NCBI GenBank assembly: GCA_040753075.1
Contig: JBFMHA010000007.1
Location: 18,472 to 82,471, forward strand
Source: Thermodesulfobacteriota bacterium
Lineage (GTDB): Bacteria; Desulfobacterota; Desulfovibrionia; Desulfovibrionales; Desulfovibrionaceae
Reading direction: 5' to 3'
DNA length: 64,000 bases
Part shown: piece after piece, positions 19,801 to 29,526 of the stretch
Layout of the letters: each line of letters opens with the position of its first letter
Numbering within the stretch: the first letter of the stretch is position 1
Notes under the pieces: model-generated
Told to the model about the DNA's origin: nothing
The model's input: the letters and a program-made list of their open reading frames with translations, nothing else
Database searches by the model: none
Made by a program: the position numbers and the translations under genes

Positions 19801-21633
19801 GTGGAGAGCCGCACGTCCGCCAAACGCGCCATGCTGGAGCGCCTGTTCCCCTTTCTGGGATGGAAGGGGTTCGTCACTCGCCGCACCGTGCGGTCGGACC
19901 TGGCCGCGGGCCTGACCGGAGCGGTCATCGTGCTGCCCCAGGGCGTGGCCTTTGCGGCCATCGCCGGCCTGCCCCCGGAATACGGGCTGTACACCGCCAT
20001 CGTGCCGGTGCTGGTGGCCGCCCTGTTCGGCTCCTCCCTGCACCTGGTGTCCGGGCCGACCACCGCCATCTCCCTGGTCGTCTTCTCCCAGGTCAGCGTC
20101 CTGCACGCGCCGGGCGACCCCGAATACGTCAGCATGGTGCTGACCCTGACCTTCATGGCCGGGGCGGTGCAGTTGGGCCTGGGCCTGGCCCGGCTGGGCG
20201 CGGTCATCAACTTCGTGTCCCATTCGGTGGTGGTGGGGTTCACCGCGGGCGCGGCGGTGCTCATCGTCACCAGCCAGTTGGGGCACTTCTTCGGCATCCG
20301 CGATCTCCCCCGGGGCGAGTTCCTGGAGACCTGGGCCGCGTGCCTGGGCCGGCTGGACGAACTCAACGGCCGCGTGCTGCTCATCGCGACCTTCACCCTG
20401 TGCCTGTCCTACGTGCTCAAGAAGCGCTGGCCGCGGATGCCGGCCATGTTCGCGGGCATGACGGCGGCCTCGCTGCTCTCCCTGTTCCTGAACGGCGAAG
20501 AGCACGGGGTGCGCCTGGTGGGGGCCCTGCCGGCGTCCCTGCCTCCCCTGTCCCTGCCCGACTTCTCGCCGCATGTGCTGCAGGGGCTGTTTCCCGGAGC
20601 CCTGGCCATCGCCATGCTGGGCCTGGCCGAGGCGGTGTCCATCGCCCGCTCCGTGGCCACCCTGACCAACCAGCGCATCGACAACAGCCAGGAGTTCATC
20701 GGCCAGGGCCTGTCCAACCTGGTGGGCAGCTTCTTTTCGGCCTACGCCTCCTCGGGCTCGTTCACCCGCACCGGGGTGAACCACGCCTCCGGGGCCAGGA
20801 CGCCCCTGGCCGCGGTGTTCTCGGCCCTGGGCGTGGCGGCCATCCTGCTCCTGGTGGCGCGGCTCACGGCCTATCTGCCCCTGCCGGCCATGGCCGGCGT
20901 CATCGTGCTGGTGGCGGTGAGCCTGGTGAACGGGCGACAGATCCGCACCATCCTGGCCACCAGCCGGGAGGACACGGCGGTGCTGGCCGCGACCTTCCTG
21001 TCCACCCTGTTCCTGGACCTGGAGTTCGCCATCTTCGCCGGGGTGATCCTCTCCCTGCTCATCTACCTGAACCGCACCTCCCATCCCCATTTCACCACCC
21101 TGGCGCCGGTGGAGTCCAGGGGCGCGCGGCATTTCGTGGACAAGTCCGGCACCGGCTTCCCGGAGTGCCCCCAACTCAAGGTCCTGCGCCTGGACGGCTC
21201 CATCTTCTTCGGCGCGGTGAACCACATCTCCGAGGCCCTGGAGAAGACCATCGCCGAGAGTCCGGAGCAGTGCCACATCCTGGTGGTGGCCAGCGGGGTG
21301 AACTTCATGGACGTGTCCGGGTGCGAAATGGTCTTCCACGAGGGGCACGCCCTGCACGCCGGAGGCCGGGCGCTCTACCTGTGCTCGGTCAAGCCCGAGG
21401 TCATGCTCATCCTGAACCGGGGCGGGTGCCTGGCGCGGGTGGGGGCGGAGAACGTGTTCGAGGACAAGTACGAGGCGCTGGCGGCCATCGTTCCCCGCCT
21501 GGACCCGGAGCGCTGCCGGGAGTGCCGCGTGCGCATCTTCCTGGAGTGTGCGGGGCAGCCCGGCCCGGAGCATCCCGAGGGCCGGCCCGGGCGCAGGGCG
21601 GCCTGTCCTGCTTCGTTCGGCCCGCGGGAATAA
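19801..21633 (+). CDS. SulP/SLC26-family anion permease with C-terminal STAS domain
   Basis: 610 aa from GTG 19801 (ATG alternative at 19831). Contains AGLTGAVIVLPQGVAFAAIAGLPPEYGLY and many TM helices. STAS-like tail (LRLDGSIFFGAVNHISEAL). Confidence 0.85.
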   Translation: MESRTSAKRAMLERLFPFLGWKGFVTRRTVRSDLAAGLTGAVIVLPQGVAFAAIAGLPPEYGLYTAIVPVLVAALFGSSLHLVSGPTTAISLVVFSQVSVLHAPGDPEYVSMVLTLTFMAGAVQLGLGLARLGAVINFVSHSVVVGFTAGAAVLIVTSQLGHFFGIRDLPRGEFLETWAACLGRLDELNGRVLLIATFTLCLSYVLKKRWPRMPAMFAGMTAASLLSLFLNGEEHGVRLVGALPASLPPLSLPDFSPHVLQGLFPGALAIAMLGLAEAVSIARSVATLTNQRIDNSQEFIGQGLSNLVGSFFSAYASSGSFTRTGVNHASGARTPLAAVFSALGVAAILLLVARLTAYLPLPAMAGVIVLVAVSLVNGRQIRTILATSREDTAVLAATFLSTLFLDLEFAIFAGVILSLLIYLNRTSHPHFTTLAPVESRGARHFVDKSGTGFPECPQLKVLRLDGSIFFGAVNHISEALEKTIAESPEQCHILVVASGVNFMDVSGCEMVFHEGHALHAGGRALYLCSVKPEVMLILNRGGCLARVGAENVFEDKYEALAAIVPRLDPERCRECRVRIFLECAGQPGPEHPEGRPGRRAACPASFGPRE

Positions 21634-21822
21634 TCACTGGCGGCGGGGCCTTGCATCCCCGGCTGGGGGACCGTATGGATGTCCTGTCGGGCGGATACGG
21701 GACCGTCCAGAGGCGCCGGGAGGCGTCTGGCCACGTCTGTTGCCCGTTTTTTCCCTTTGTTGCTCGATATAAAGTGTAATTTTTTTGGCATGTTATAAAA
21801 AACCGCGCAAGAGTGCTGCGTC

Positions 21823-21838
21823 TGGAACGGCGGTTGCA
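21823..21838 (+). promoter_or_regulatory. Sigma-54-like -24/-12 element
   Basis: TGGAAC-ggcgg-TTGCA has the GG and GC dinucleotides at the canonical spacing. It lies ~215 nt upstream of the REC gene and just downstream of an AT-rich tract (21770-21810). Confidence 0.35.
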
Positions 21839-22052
21839 GACTCCGGGGCGTTGGCCTGATGGCCTTGCGAGTTTCCCGGAGCCTGGGGCGCGCGTGACGC
21901 GGAGCGCGGCAACGCGGAGCCGATGCACGGCGGACCGGGTCGGGAAACATCCACCCGCCGGGGCGGAGGGATGGGCCCTCCGCCCCTTGGCGCTGGCCGG
22001 GCAAAGGCTCCGCCAGGTCCGGCAGTGCGCGTCGCACATCAAGGAGCAGGCC

Positions 22053-22448
22053 GTGTCCGAGAGCATGAAGGTGTTGCTGGTGGACGATGAGGACGATTTC
22101 CGCGAGTTGCTCGGCAAGCGACTGGTGAAAAGAGGGCTCGTGGTGAGCACCGCGGGTTCCGGCGAGGCCGGGCTGGGCCTGGCTCAGGACGGCGGTTTCG
22201 ACGTGGTGGTGCTGGACGTGAAGATGCCCGGGATGGACGGGCTGGAGGTCTTGCGCCGGTTGCGCAAGATCGCCCCGGACACCGAGGTGATCCTGCTCAC
22301 CGGCCACGCCAACATGGAGGTGGCGGTGGAGGGCATGGACCTGGGGGCTTTCGACTATCTCATGAAGCCGGTGGCCATCAACGAACTCCTGTACAAGATC
22401 CAGGACGCCACGGCCCGGCGCAGGTTGCGCCAGGGCCGCCAGGGATAG
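22053..22448 (+). CDS. Stand-alone receiver (REC) response regulator 1
   Basis: REC motifs LLVDDE, VVVLDVKMPGMDG and AFDYLMKP. AAGGAG lies 6 nt upstream of GTG 22053, with an ATG alternative at 22065. No output domain. Confidence 0.85.
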   Translation: MSESMKVLLVDDEDDFRELLGKRLVKRGLVVSTAGSGEAGLGLAQDGGFDVVVLDVKMPGMDGLEVLRRLRKIAPDTEVILLTGHANMEVAVEGMDLGAFDYLMKPVAINELLYKIQDATARRRLRQGRQG

Positions 22449-22530
22449 CGTCCGCCGGGCGGCCGGGCGCGCCCCGGGCCGCGGCCCGGGAAACCCCGCG
22501 GGGAGAGCCGCGGGCCAAAGGCAAGGGATC

Positions 22531-25143
22531 ATGGCCATATCCGGCCTGCTCACATCGCTCAAGCGCCTGTTCGCCGGCGCGGCGGCCCTGTCCCCGGAGC
22601 AGGAGGAGGAGTTTCGCCGCCTCCACCTGGAGCGCTGCCACAATTTCAAGCTGCTGCTCGCGGCCAACAACCGCGCCCTGGAGGTCATGTCCGACATGGA
22701 GGAGGCCCTGGCCGGAGGCCGGGTCTTCGGCGCGGGCTACGTGCGCGAGGCCTGCACCAGGGTGGCCTCCGAGGTCTTCCAGATCGTGCGCGGGCTGACC
22801 GGCCTGGCCCCGGGCCGGTACGACGGTCTGTTCCCCCGTTTCCGGTCCATCCAGGCCGAGATCAACGAGGTGGTGCTGGCCGTCGCGTCGCGTCGCGAGG
22901 GCCCCCTGGTCATGCCCCTGGCCGACCTGCGGGCAGCCCACCTGGACGAGGCCGGGAGCAAGCTGGCCAACCTGGGCGAGCTTGCCCGGGCCCTCGGCGC
23001 GGAAATCCCCCGCGGCTTCGCGGTCACCGCTTCGGGCTTCGCACGGTTCATGGCCCACGACGACCTCCAGGCCGAGGTGGACCGCCGCATCCAGGCTGCG
23101 GACGCCTCCCGTCTGGACGAAGTCTACGCCCTGTCATCCAGCCTGCAGGGCCTCATCGCCGGCGCGTCGCTGCCCCCGGACCTGGAGGCGGCCATCCGGG
23201 ACGAGGCCCGGCGCCTGGCCGACACGGCCGGGGATGGGCTGCTCCTGGCGGTGCGCTCCTCGGCCGTCGGCGAGGACGCCCTGGGCGCCTCCTTCGCCGG
23301 CCAGTACCACACCGAACTGGGGGTGGACCCGGACGAGGCGGTGCAGGCCTACCGCGAGGTGGTGGCCGCCAAGTACGGGGTAACGGCCATGACCTACCGC
23401 CTGGTGCGCGGCATCCCGGACCAGGACGTGCCCATGTGCGTGGGGATCATGGAGATGGTGGACGCCACGGCCAGCGGGGTGGCCTATTCCCGCGATCCCC
23501 TGCGGCCCGTGGAGGGCGGGGTCCTCATCGAGGCCGTGCCGGGCCTGCCCAAGGCGGTGGTGGACGGCAGCGCGGCCGTGGACCGGTTCTTCGCGACCCG
23601 TGAGGAGCCTCTGGCCCTGGCCGGGCAGGAGGTGGCGCGCAAGGAGTTCCGCTACGGGTTCTCCGCCGGAGCGGGCCTGGACCGCATCCCCCTGGACCCG
23701 GAGGAGGCCGGGAGGCCCTGCCTGGACGAGGCCCGGGTCCTGGCCGTGGCCCGACTGGCCCTGGCCGCGGAGCGGCATTTCGGCGGGCCCCAGGACCTGG
23801 AATGGGCCTTTGCCCCGGATGGCCGGCTGGTGCTCCTGCAGTGCCGGCCCCTCAAGGATGCCGCCGCCCCGGCCTCTCCCGCGCCGTCCGACATCCCGGC
23901 GGACGGAGGCGGGTCCCTGCTGGCCGGAGGGATGACCGCCTCTCCCGGCGCGGCCGCGGGCGAGGCCTTCGCGGCCCGCAAGGACGCCGACGCCCTGCGT
24001 TTCCCGCCGGGCGGCGTGCTGGTGGTGGCCCAGGCCCTGCCCTTTTGGGCCACGCTGCTCTCCCGGGCCGCGGCGGTGGTGGCCGAGCGCGGCTCCGCGG
24101 CCGGGCACCTGGCCAACGTGGCCCGGGAGTACGGGGTGCCGGCGCTGTTCGGGGTGTCCGGAGCCATGGCCGCCCTGGATGGCGTCGGCACGGTCACGGT
24201 GGACGCCGACGGCCGCCGGGTGCTGCCGGGCGACGCCACGGCGGCGTTGCCCCGCCGGGAGCGCCCCGCCAGCCTCATGCTGGGCAGCCCGGTGCACTCC
24301 CTCCTGAGCCGGGCCGCGCAGCACATCGTGCCCCTGACCCTGCTCGACCCCTCGGCGCCGGAGTTCGCGCCCGAGGGCTGCGCCACCCTGCACGACATCA
24401 CCCGCTTCTGCCACGAGAAGAGCGTGGAGGAGATGTTCAGCCACGGCGCGGATCTGCCCCTGCCCACCCAGACGGCCCGGCGGCTGTCCGTGGCCGGGCG
24501 GGCCATGCAGTACTGGATCATCGACCTGGGCGACGGCGTCTCCGGCCCGGTGGAGGGCAAGACCGTGCCCCTGGAGCAGATCGCCTCCGCGCCCATGCTC
24601 GCCCTGTGGCGGGGCATGACTGCGGCGCCCTGGGCCGGGCCGCCGGTGGACGCCCGGGGCTTCATGTCCGTGCTGGCGGGCAGCGCGTCCAACCCGGACC
24701 TGGATCCGGCCTCGGCCTCGGCCTTCGCCGAGAAGAACTATTTCATGATCTCCAGCGACTTCTGTTCGCTCCAGTCCCGTTTCGGCTACCACTTCTCCAC
24801 GGTGGAGGCCCTCATCGGGGACGATGACGCGGGCAACTACCTCTCCTTCCGCTTCAAGGGCGGGGCGGCGGACCATTCCCGCCGCGCCCGGCGCGCCTCC
24901 ATGATCGCCGAGGTGCTGGAGGCGCTGGGGTTCCGCTGCGAAACCAAGGCGGACGCCCTGTTCGCGCGCATGGAGGGGTACGGCCGGCAGTTCATGGAGG
25001 AGCGCCTGGCGGCCCTGGGCCACGTCATCGTGCACACCCGGCAGATGGACATGGCCATGGCCGACGCCGGCCAGGCCGAGGCGCTCCGGCGGCGGCTCCT
25101 GGCCGACATCTCCGGCCGGCTGGTGTCGTTGCCCGGGCCGTAG
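22531..25143 (+). CDS. PpsA-like phosphotransferase, paralog B
   Basis: 870 aa, collinear with 16494-19100. Shared motifs are SSAVGEDALGASFAGQY, PQDLEWAFAPDGRLVLLQCRPL, swivel His in ERGSAAGHLANVAREYGVPALF, C-terminal FKGGAADHSRRARR and HTRQMDMAM. Confidence 0.85.
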   Translation: MAISGLLTSLKRLFAGAAALSPEQEEEFRRLHLERCHNFKLLLAANNRALEVMSDMEEALAGGRVFGAGYVREACTRVASEVFQIVRGLTGLAPGRYDGLFPRFRSIQAEINEVVLAVASRREGPLVMPLADLRAAHLDEAGSKLANLGELARALGAEIPRGFAVTASGFARFMAHDDLQAEVDRRIQAADASRLDEVYALSSSLQGLIAGASLPPDLEAAIRDEARRLADTAGDGLLLAVRSSAVGEDALGASFAGQYHTELGVDPDEAVQAYREVVAAKYGVTAMTYRLVRGIPDQDVPMCVGIMEMVDATASGVAYSRDPLRPVEGGVLIEAVPGLPKAVVDGSAAVDRFFATREEPLALAGQEVARKEFRYGFSAGAGLDRIPLDPEEAGRPCLDEARVLAVARLALAAERHFGGPQDLEWAFAPDGRLVLLQCRPLKDAAAPASPAPSDIPADGGGSLLAGGMTASPGAAAGEAFAARKDADALRFPPGGVLVVAQALPFWATLLSRAAAVVAERGSAAGHLANVAREYGVPALFGVSGAMAALDGVGTVTVDADGRRVLPGDATAALPRRERPASLMLGSPVHSLLSRAAQHIVPLTLLDPSAPEFAPEGCATLHDITRFCHEKSVEEMFSHGADLPLPTQTARRLSVAGRAMQYWIIDLGDGVSGPVEGKTVPLEQIASAPMLALWRGMTAAPWAGPPVDARGFMSVLAGSASNPDLDPASASAFAEKNYFMISSDFCSLQSRFGYHFSTVEALIGDDDAGNYLSFRFKGGAADHSRRARRASMIAEVLEALGFRCETKADALFARMEGYGRQFMEERLAALGHVIVHTRQMDMAMADAGQAEALRRRLLADISGRLVSLPGP

Positions 25144-25267
25144 GATCCGGGCGCGATGGTTGCAGTGATTCCGATGCGTTGCGGCCCCCTCCTTGCCACG
25201 GGGCAAGGGAGACGGTAACTCCATAAACGCCGGCTGCGGCCGGCCTTCCGGCAGGAGACACGAGGGC

Positions 25268-26935
25268 ATGGACACCCGGCAGTACGCCAGGCTGCGCGCG
25301 AAGCTCCTCCTCACGGTCCTGAGCTTCTCCCTCATCCCCTTGTTCGCCTTGGGGCTCTTCATCTACGACCAGTTTTCCGCCACCTATACCCAACAGGTGG
25401 AGGACAACCTCCGCATGGTGGTGGACAACAAGCGCCACGGCATCGACATCTTCATCGAGGAGCGGGTGGCCCAGCTGCGCACCCTGGCCGCCACCCATAC
25501 CCTGGCCCAGATCCGCGACGAGCAGTACCTGGCCAAGGTCTTCGACACCATGCAGTCCAGCTCCAAGGCCTTCGTGGACATCGGGGTCATCGACAGCCTC
25601 GGCGGCCATGTGGCCTATGTGGGGCCCTTTCCCCAACTGCACGAGGTGAACTACAGCCAGACCGAGTGGTTCAACGCGGTGATGCGCAGCGGGGTCCATG
25701 TGAGCGACGTGTTCCTGGGCTTCCGCAACTTCCCTCACGTGATCATCGCGGTGGCCCGGCGGGAGGCCGGCTCCACCTGGATCCTGCGGGCCACCATCGA
25801 TTCGGAGATCTTCAACACCCTGGTGCGCAGCGTCCAGGCGGGACGCAGCGGCGACGCCTTCCTGGTGAACCCGGGAGGCCTGCTCCAGACCCCCAGCCGC
25901 GGCGGCGGCGCGGCCATGGTCAAGGCTGACATGCCTCCGCCCGCGCGGTTCAGCGGGGTGCGGGTGGAGGACATGCGCATCGGCAAGCGCCCGGTCATCG
26001 CCGGTTCGGCCTGGCTGGAGAACGCCCACTGGCTCCTGGTGGTGAGCGTGGACCCGGGCGAGGCCCTGAGCCCGCTCTTCACCACCCATTCCTTCGTCAT
26101 CGCCATGGTCGTCGCCGGGGCTCTGGTGATCTTCACCGGCGCATACCTGGTGGCCCGGCACATCACCCGCACCCTCATGGCCGCGGAGCAGGAGAAGGCG
26201 GTGCTCGACGCCTCCCTCATGCAGTCCGGCAAGATGGCGGCCCTGGGCAAGCTGGCTGCGGGCATCGCCCACGAGGTCAACAACCCCCTCACCCTCATCC
26301 GGGAGAGCGCGGGCTGGTTCAAGGACCTCCTGTCCGAAGAGAATCCGGACGGCATCAAGAGCTACCAGGAGATGCTCGCGGCCGCGGACAAGATCGAGCA
26401 GCACGTGGACCGGGCCAAGAAGGTGACCCACCGCATGCTGGGCTTCGCCCGGCGCATGGAGCCGGTGCGCGAGAACGTGGACCTCTCCCGCCTGGCGGAG
26501 CAGACCGTCCAGTTCCTGGAGAACGAGGCCCTGTACCGCAACATCGCCATCCGGAAGTACTTCGCCGAGGACCTGCCGGTGGTGGTCTCGGACACGGCCC
26601 AGATCCAGCAGGTGGCGCTGAACATCCTGGAGAACGCCATCGACGCCATCGGCAAGGACGGGACCATCACCCTGGCCACCATGCTGGACGAGAAGGCCGG
26701 GCGGGTGATCCTGTCCGTCACCGACACCGGTCCGGGCATCCCGCCCGAGCACATGACGCGGATATTCGACCCCTTCTTCACCACCAAGAACGTGGGCGAG
26801 GGCACCGGCCTGGGCCTGTCCATCGCCTACGGCATCGTGGAGAAGCTGGGCGGGCATCTTTCCGTGCAGAGCGAGGTGGGCGCGGGCACCACCTTCAATG
26901 TGGCCTTGCCGGTGGGCGAGGGGCATGTGGTATAA
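25268..26935 (+). CDS. Sensor histidine kinase with Cache-like extracytoplasmic domain
   Basis: 555 aa from ATG 25268. Layout is TM, ~250-aa sensor, TM, H-box AAGIAHEVNNPL, then HATPase_c motifs (DTGPGI, GTGLGLS). Confidence 0.85.
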   Translation: MDTRQYARLRAKLLLTVLSFSLIPLFALGLFIYDQFSATYTQQVEDNLRMVVDNKRHGIDIFIEERVAQLRTLAATHTLAQIRDEQYLAKVFDTMQSSSKAFVDIGVIDSLGGHVAYVGPFPQLHEVNYSQTEWFNAVMRSGVHVSDVFLGFRNFPHVIIAVARREAGSTWILRATIDSEIFNTLVRSVQAGRSGDAFLVNPGGLLQTPSRGGGAAMVKADMPPPARFSGVRVEDMRIGKRPVIAGSAWLENAHWLLVVSVDPGEALSPLFTTHSFVIAMVVAGALVIFTGAYLVARHITRTLMAAEQEKAVLDASLMQSGKMAALGKLAAGIAHEVNNPLTLIRESAGWFKDLLSEENPDGIKSYQEMLAAADKIEQHVDRAKKVTHRMLGFARRMEPVRENVDLSRLAEQTVQFLENEALYRNIAIRKYFAEDLPVVVSDTAQIQQVALNILENAIDAIGKDGTITLATMLDEKAGRVILSVTDTGPGIPPEHMTRIFDPFFTTKNVGEGTGLGLSIAYGIVEKLGGHLSVQSEVGAGTTFNVALPVGEGHVV

Positions 26936-26953
26936 TAATCCGAGGGGGTGGGC

Positions 26954-27352
26954 ATGACGGCGACACGGGTGCTGGTGGTGGACGACGAGGCCGATTTCAC
27001 GGCCCTCTTCGCCAAACGCTTCAGCAAGCGCGGCCTGGAGGTGGCGGTGGCGTCCGGGGGCGCAGAGGGACTGGCCCACCTGGCCGCCCACGAGGCGGAC
27101 GTGGTGGTGCTGGACGTGATGATGCCGGGCATGGACGGCATCGAGACCCTGAAGGAGCTCAAGAAGCGCCACCCGGACGTGGAGGTCATCATGCTCACCG
27201 GGCACGGCTCGGTGGACTCGGGGCTCAAGGGCCTGTCCCTGGGGGCCTTCGACTACGTGATGAAGCCCTTCCAGATCGAGGACATGATGGAGCGCATCGC
27301 CAAGGCCAGCGACCGGGCCCGGATCAACCGCCGGCGGAGGGCCGGGGGATGA
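26954..27352 (+). CDS. Stand-alone receiver (REC) response regulator 2
   Basis: REC motifs VLVVDDE, VVVLDVMMPGMDG and AFDYVMKP. ATG at 26954 (GTG alternative at 26948). The stop overlaps the next start (ATGA). Confidence 0.85.
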   Translation: MTATRVLVVDDEADFTALFAKRFSKRGLEVAVASGGAEGLAHLAAHEADVVVLDVMMPGMDGIETLKELKKRHPDVEVIMLTGHGSVDSGLKGLSLGAFDYVMKPFQIEDMMERIAKASDRARINRRRRAGG

Positions 27353-28311
27353 GCCCGTTCGCGGCGTCGGTCCGTCCCGCCGGCCGGGAGGTCTGGCTGC
27401 GGACGGCCGGTCCGGCCCTGGCCGGGGCGGCCCTGGTCCTGGCCGGGGGGCTGGCGGGTCCGACCCTGGCCGCGCTCCTGGCCGTCCCGGCCGGAGCCGG
27501 GGCCTGGCTCTGGGCGCGGCGGCTCCGCCTGCGCCAGGAGAGGGCCGCCGGTCTGGACCTCAACGAGCGGCTCATCCAGTCCCAGAAGATGGCCGCCCTG
27601 GGCGAGATCGCCTCGGGCATCGCCCACGAGATCAACACCCCCCTGGCGGTCATCGGCCAGATCGCGGAATGGCAGGAGCACCTGCTCTCCTCGGGCGCGG
27701 GGGGGGATGCCGGGGTGGCCCGGGAGCTGGCCGACACCATCGCCCAGATCCACGCCCAGGTGGAGCGCTGCCGGGACATCACCCACAACATGCTGGCCTT
27801 CAGCCGCCGCTCCGACGCCATCTACCAGGAAACGGACCTCGCCCGGCTCCTGGAGGACATGCTCCGGCTGGTGGAGCGCGAGCACCGCTCCAGCGACATC
27901 GTTTTTTTGCGTGAGCACGACACGCGCCTGGGGCCGGTGCTGACCGACCCGCAGCTCCTGCGCCAGGTTGCGCTCAACCTGCTCAACAACGCGGCCCAGG
28001 CCGTGATCCGGGACGGGACGGTCACGGTGACCACCGGCCTGGGCCAGGACGGACCCTTCTTCTCGGTGCGGGACACCGGGCGGGGCATCGCCCCGGAGAA
28101 CCTGGGCCGCATCTTCAACCCCTTCTTCACCACCAAGCCGCCAGGCGCGGGCACCGGACTCGGGCTGTCCATCTGCCTGGCCATCGTCACCCGCCTGGGC
28201 GGGACCATCGCGGTGGACAGCGCGCCGGGCAAGGGCGCATGCTTCACCGTGCACCTGCCGGCAACCCAGAAACCGCAGGCCCCGGAGCCTGAAAGGAGGC
28301 AAGCGCCATGA
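27349..28311 (+). CDS. Membrane-anchored histidine kinase (short sensor)
   Basis: 320 aa. Hydrophobic N-terminus, H-box ASGIAHEINTPL, and HATPase_c motifs (DTGRGI, GTGLGLS). ATGA overlaps on both sides. Confidence 0.85.
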   Translation: MSPFAASVRPAGREVWLRTAGPALAGAALVLAGGLAGPTLAALLAVPAGAGAWLWARRLRLRQERAAGLDLNERLIQSQKMAALGEIASGIAHEINTPLAVIGQIAEWQEHLLSSGAGGDAGVARELADTIAQIHAQVERCRDITHNMLAFSRRSDAIYQETDLARLLEDMLRLVEREHRSSDIVFLREHDTRLGPVLTDPQLLRQVALNLLNNAAQAVIRDGTVTVTTGLGQDGPFFSVRDTGRGIAPENLGRIFNPFFTTKPPGAGTGLGLSICLAIVTRLGGTIAVDSAPGKGACFTVHLPATQKPQAPEPERRQAP

Positions 28312-28694
28312 GCGACGCCATCCGTGTCCTGGTCGTGGACGACGAGGAGGACTTCCGCACCAACCTGGTCAAGCTCCTCGGCATCTCCCCCAACATCACC
28401 GCCGCGGCCGTGGGCAGCGGCGAGGCGGCCCTGGAATGGCTGGCCGCCAACCCCTGCGACGTGGTGCTCCTGGACGTGAAGATGCCCGGCCTGGCGGCCC
28501 ACGGAACCCTGAAGCGCATCCGGGACGCGGCCTACCCGGTGGAGGTCATCATCCTCACCGGCCACGCCTCGGTGGACGACGCGGTGGAGCTCATGAACCT
28601 GGGGGCCTTCGACTACCTGCTCAAGCCCTGCTCCACCCGGGAGATCGTCAAGAAGGTCGTCTGGGCCCACGAGTCCCATCTGGGCAAGAAGTAG
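28308..28694 (+). CDS. Stand-alone receiver (REC) response regulator 3
   Basis: REC motifs VLVVDDE, VVLLDVKMPG and AFDYLLKP. Last gene of the operon. Confidence 0.85.
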   Translation: MSDAIRVLVVDDEEDFRTNLVKLLGISPNITAAAVGSGEAALEWLAANPCDVVLLDVKMPGLAAHGTLKRIRDAAYPVEVIILTGHASVDDAVELMNLGAFDYLLKPCSTREIVKKVVWAHESHLGKK

Positions 28695-28697
28695 AAC

Positions 28698-28731
28698 AAG
28701 CCCCTCCGCGGGAGCGGAGGGGCTTGCGTTT
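28698..28731 (+). terminator. Terminator of the REC/kinase operon
   Basis: Perfect 12-bp stem pairing 28698-28709 (aagcccctccgc) with 28714-28725 (gcggaggggctt) around loop ggga, followed by gcgttt. It begins 4 nt after the stop. Confidence 0.55.
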
Positions 28732-28748
28732 CGCGCGCCCGGCCGGGG

Positions 28749-29162
28749 CTAGGCGGATTCGATGGTGATCTTGCGCGGCTTCACCGCCTCGGACTTGGGC
28801 AGGGTGATGCGCAGGATGCCGTCGGCGTAGCGGGCCGCCGCCTTGTCCTTGTCCACCGGCGCGCCCAGGGTGATGATCCGCTGGAAGGTCCCGGCCACCC
28901 GCTCCTGGCGGTAGAAGCGGCCGGACTGGGCGGGCCGCTCTCCCTTCACCGTGAGGTTGCGCTCGGTGAGGGTGAGATCAACCTTGGCTGCGTCCACCCC
29001 CGGCATGTCCAGGTCCACGTAGTAGTTGTCGCGGTCCTCGGCCAGGTTCACCAGGGGGTAGGCGGTGCGGCGCTGGCTGATGAGCAGCGGCCGCGCGGCC
29101 TCGTCCATGATCCGGGCGATCTCCCGCGGGAGATCATAGAAGCTGTTGAAATCTATGACCAT
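28749..29162 (-). CDS. Hsp20/alpha-crystallin small heat-shock protein
   Basis: 137 aa. Alpha-crystallin domain (YYVDLDMPGVDAAKVDLTLTERNLTVKGER...GTFQRIITLGAPVD...GILRITLPK). Confidence 0.9.
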   Translation of the reverse strand: MVIDFNSFYDLPREIARIMDEAARPLLISQRRTAYPLVNLAEDRDNYYVDLDMPGVDAAKVDLTLTERNLTVKGERPAQSGRFYRQERVAGTFQRIITLGAPVDKDKAAARYADGILRITLPKSEAVKPRKITIESA

Positions 29163-29526
29163 AGCTCCAGCCTCCGGGGTTGTCTAGTGCGCCTCCGGTC
29201 CCCGCCAAGAGCCCGGCCGGCGCCGGGCTCCTGGAGGAAACCGGACGGCTGCCGCATCCGTCCGGAACGTGGCCCGGCATGGCGCCGGCTCCACGGCCGC
29301 CGGGACCGGGCGGGTGGGATCTGCCCGCCCGGAGCCCGCCGGTTCGCCAGAAAAAAAATCCCGCCTTGCGGACCGTCAAGTCCCCCTTCCGGAAAAAATA
29401 TCCTGCCATTCCAGCGCGTTGTCGTGTGGCGGAGGCGGCAGGCCGGGCCTGCGGCAGGGGGCGGCCTTGACGCGGCAGGATCGGGCATTTACCACGCACG
29501 TATCTTTTCAATAGCAAGGAATCCCC

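Noticed and set aside
29205-29234. Strong 13-bp hairpin in the hsp20 5' leader, considered as an RNA thermometer.
   Set aside because: The hairpin does not include the Shine-Dalgarno or start codon region (29163-29180), and I could not recognise a ROSE or fourU signature.
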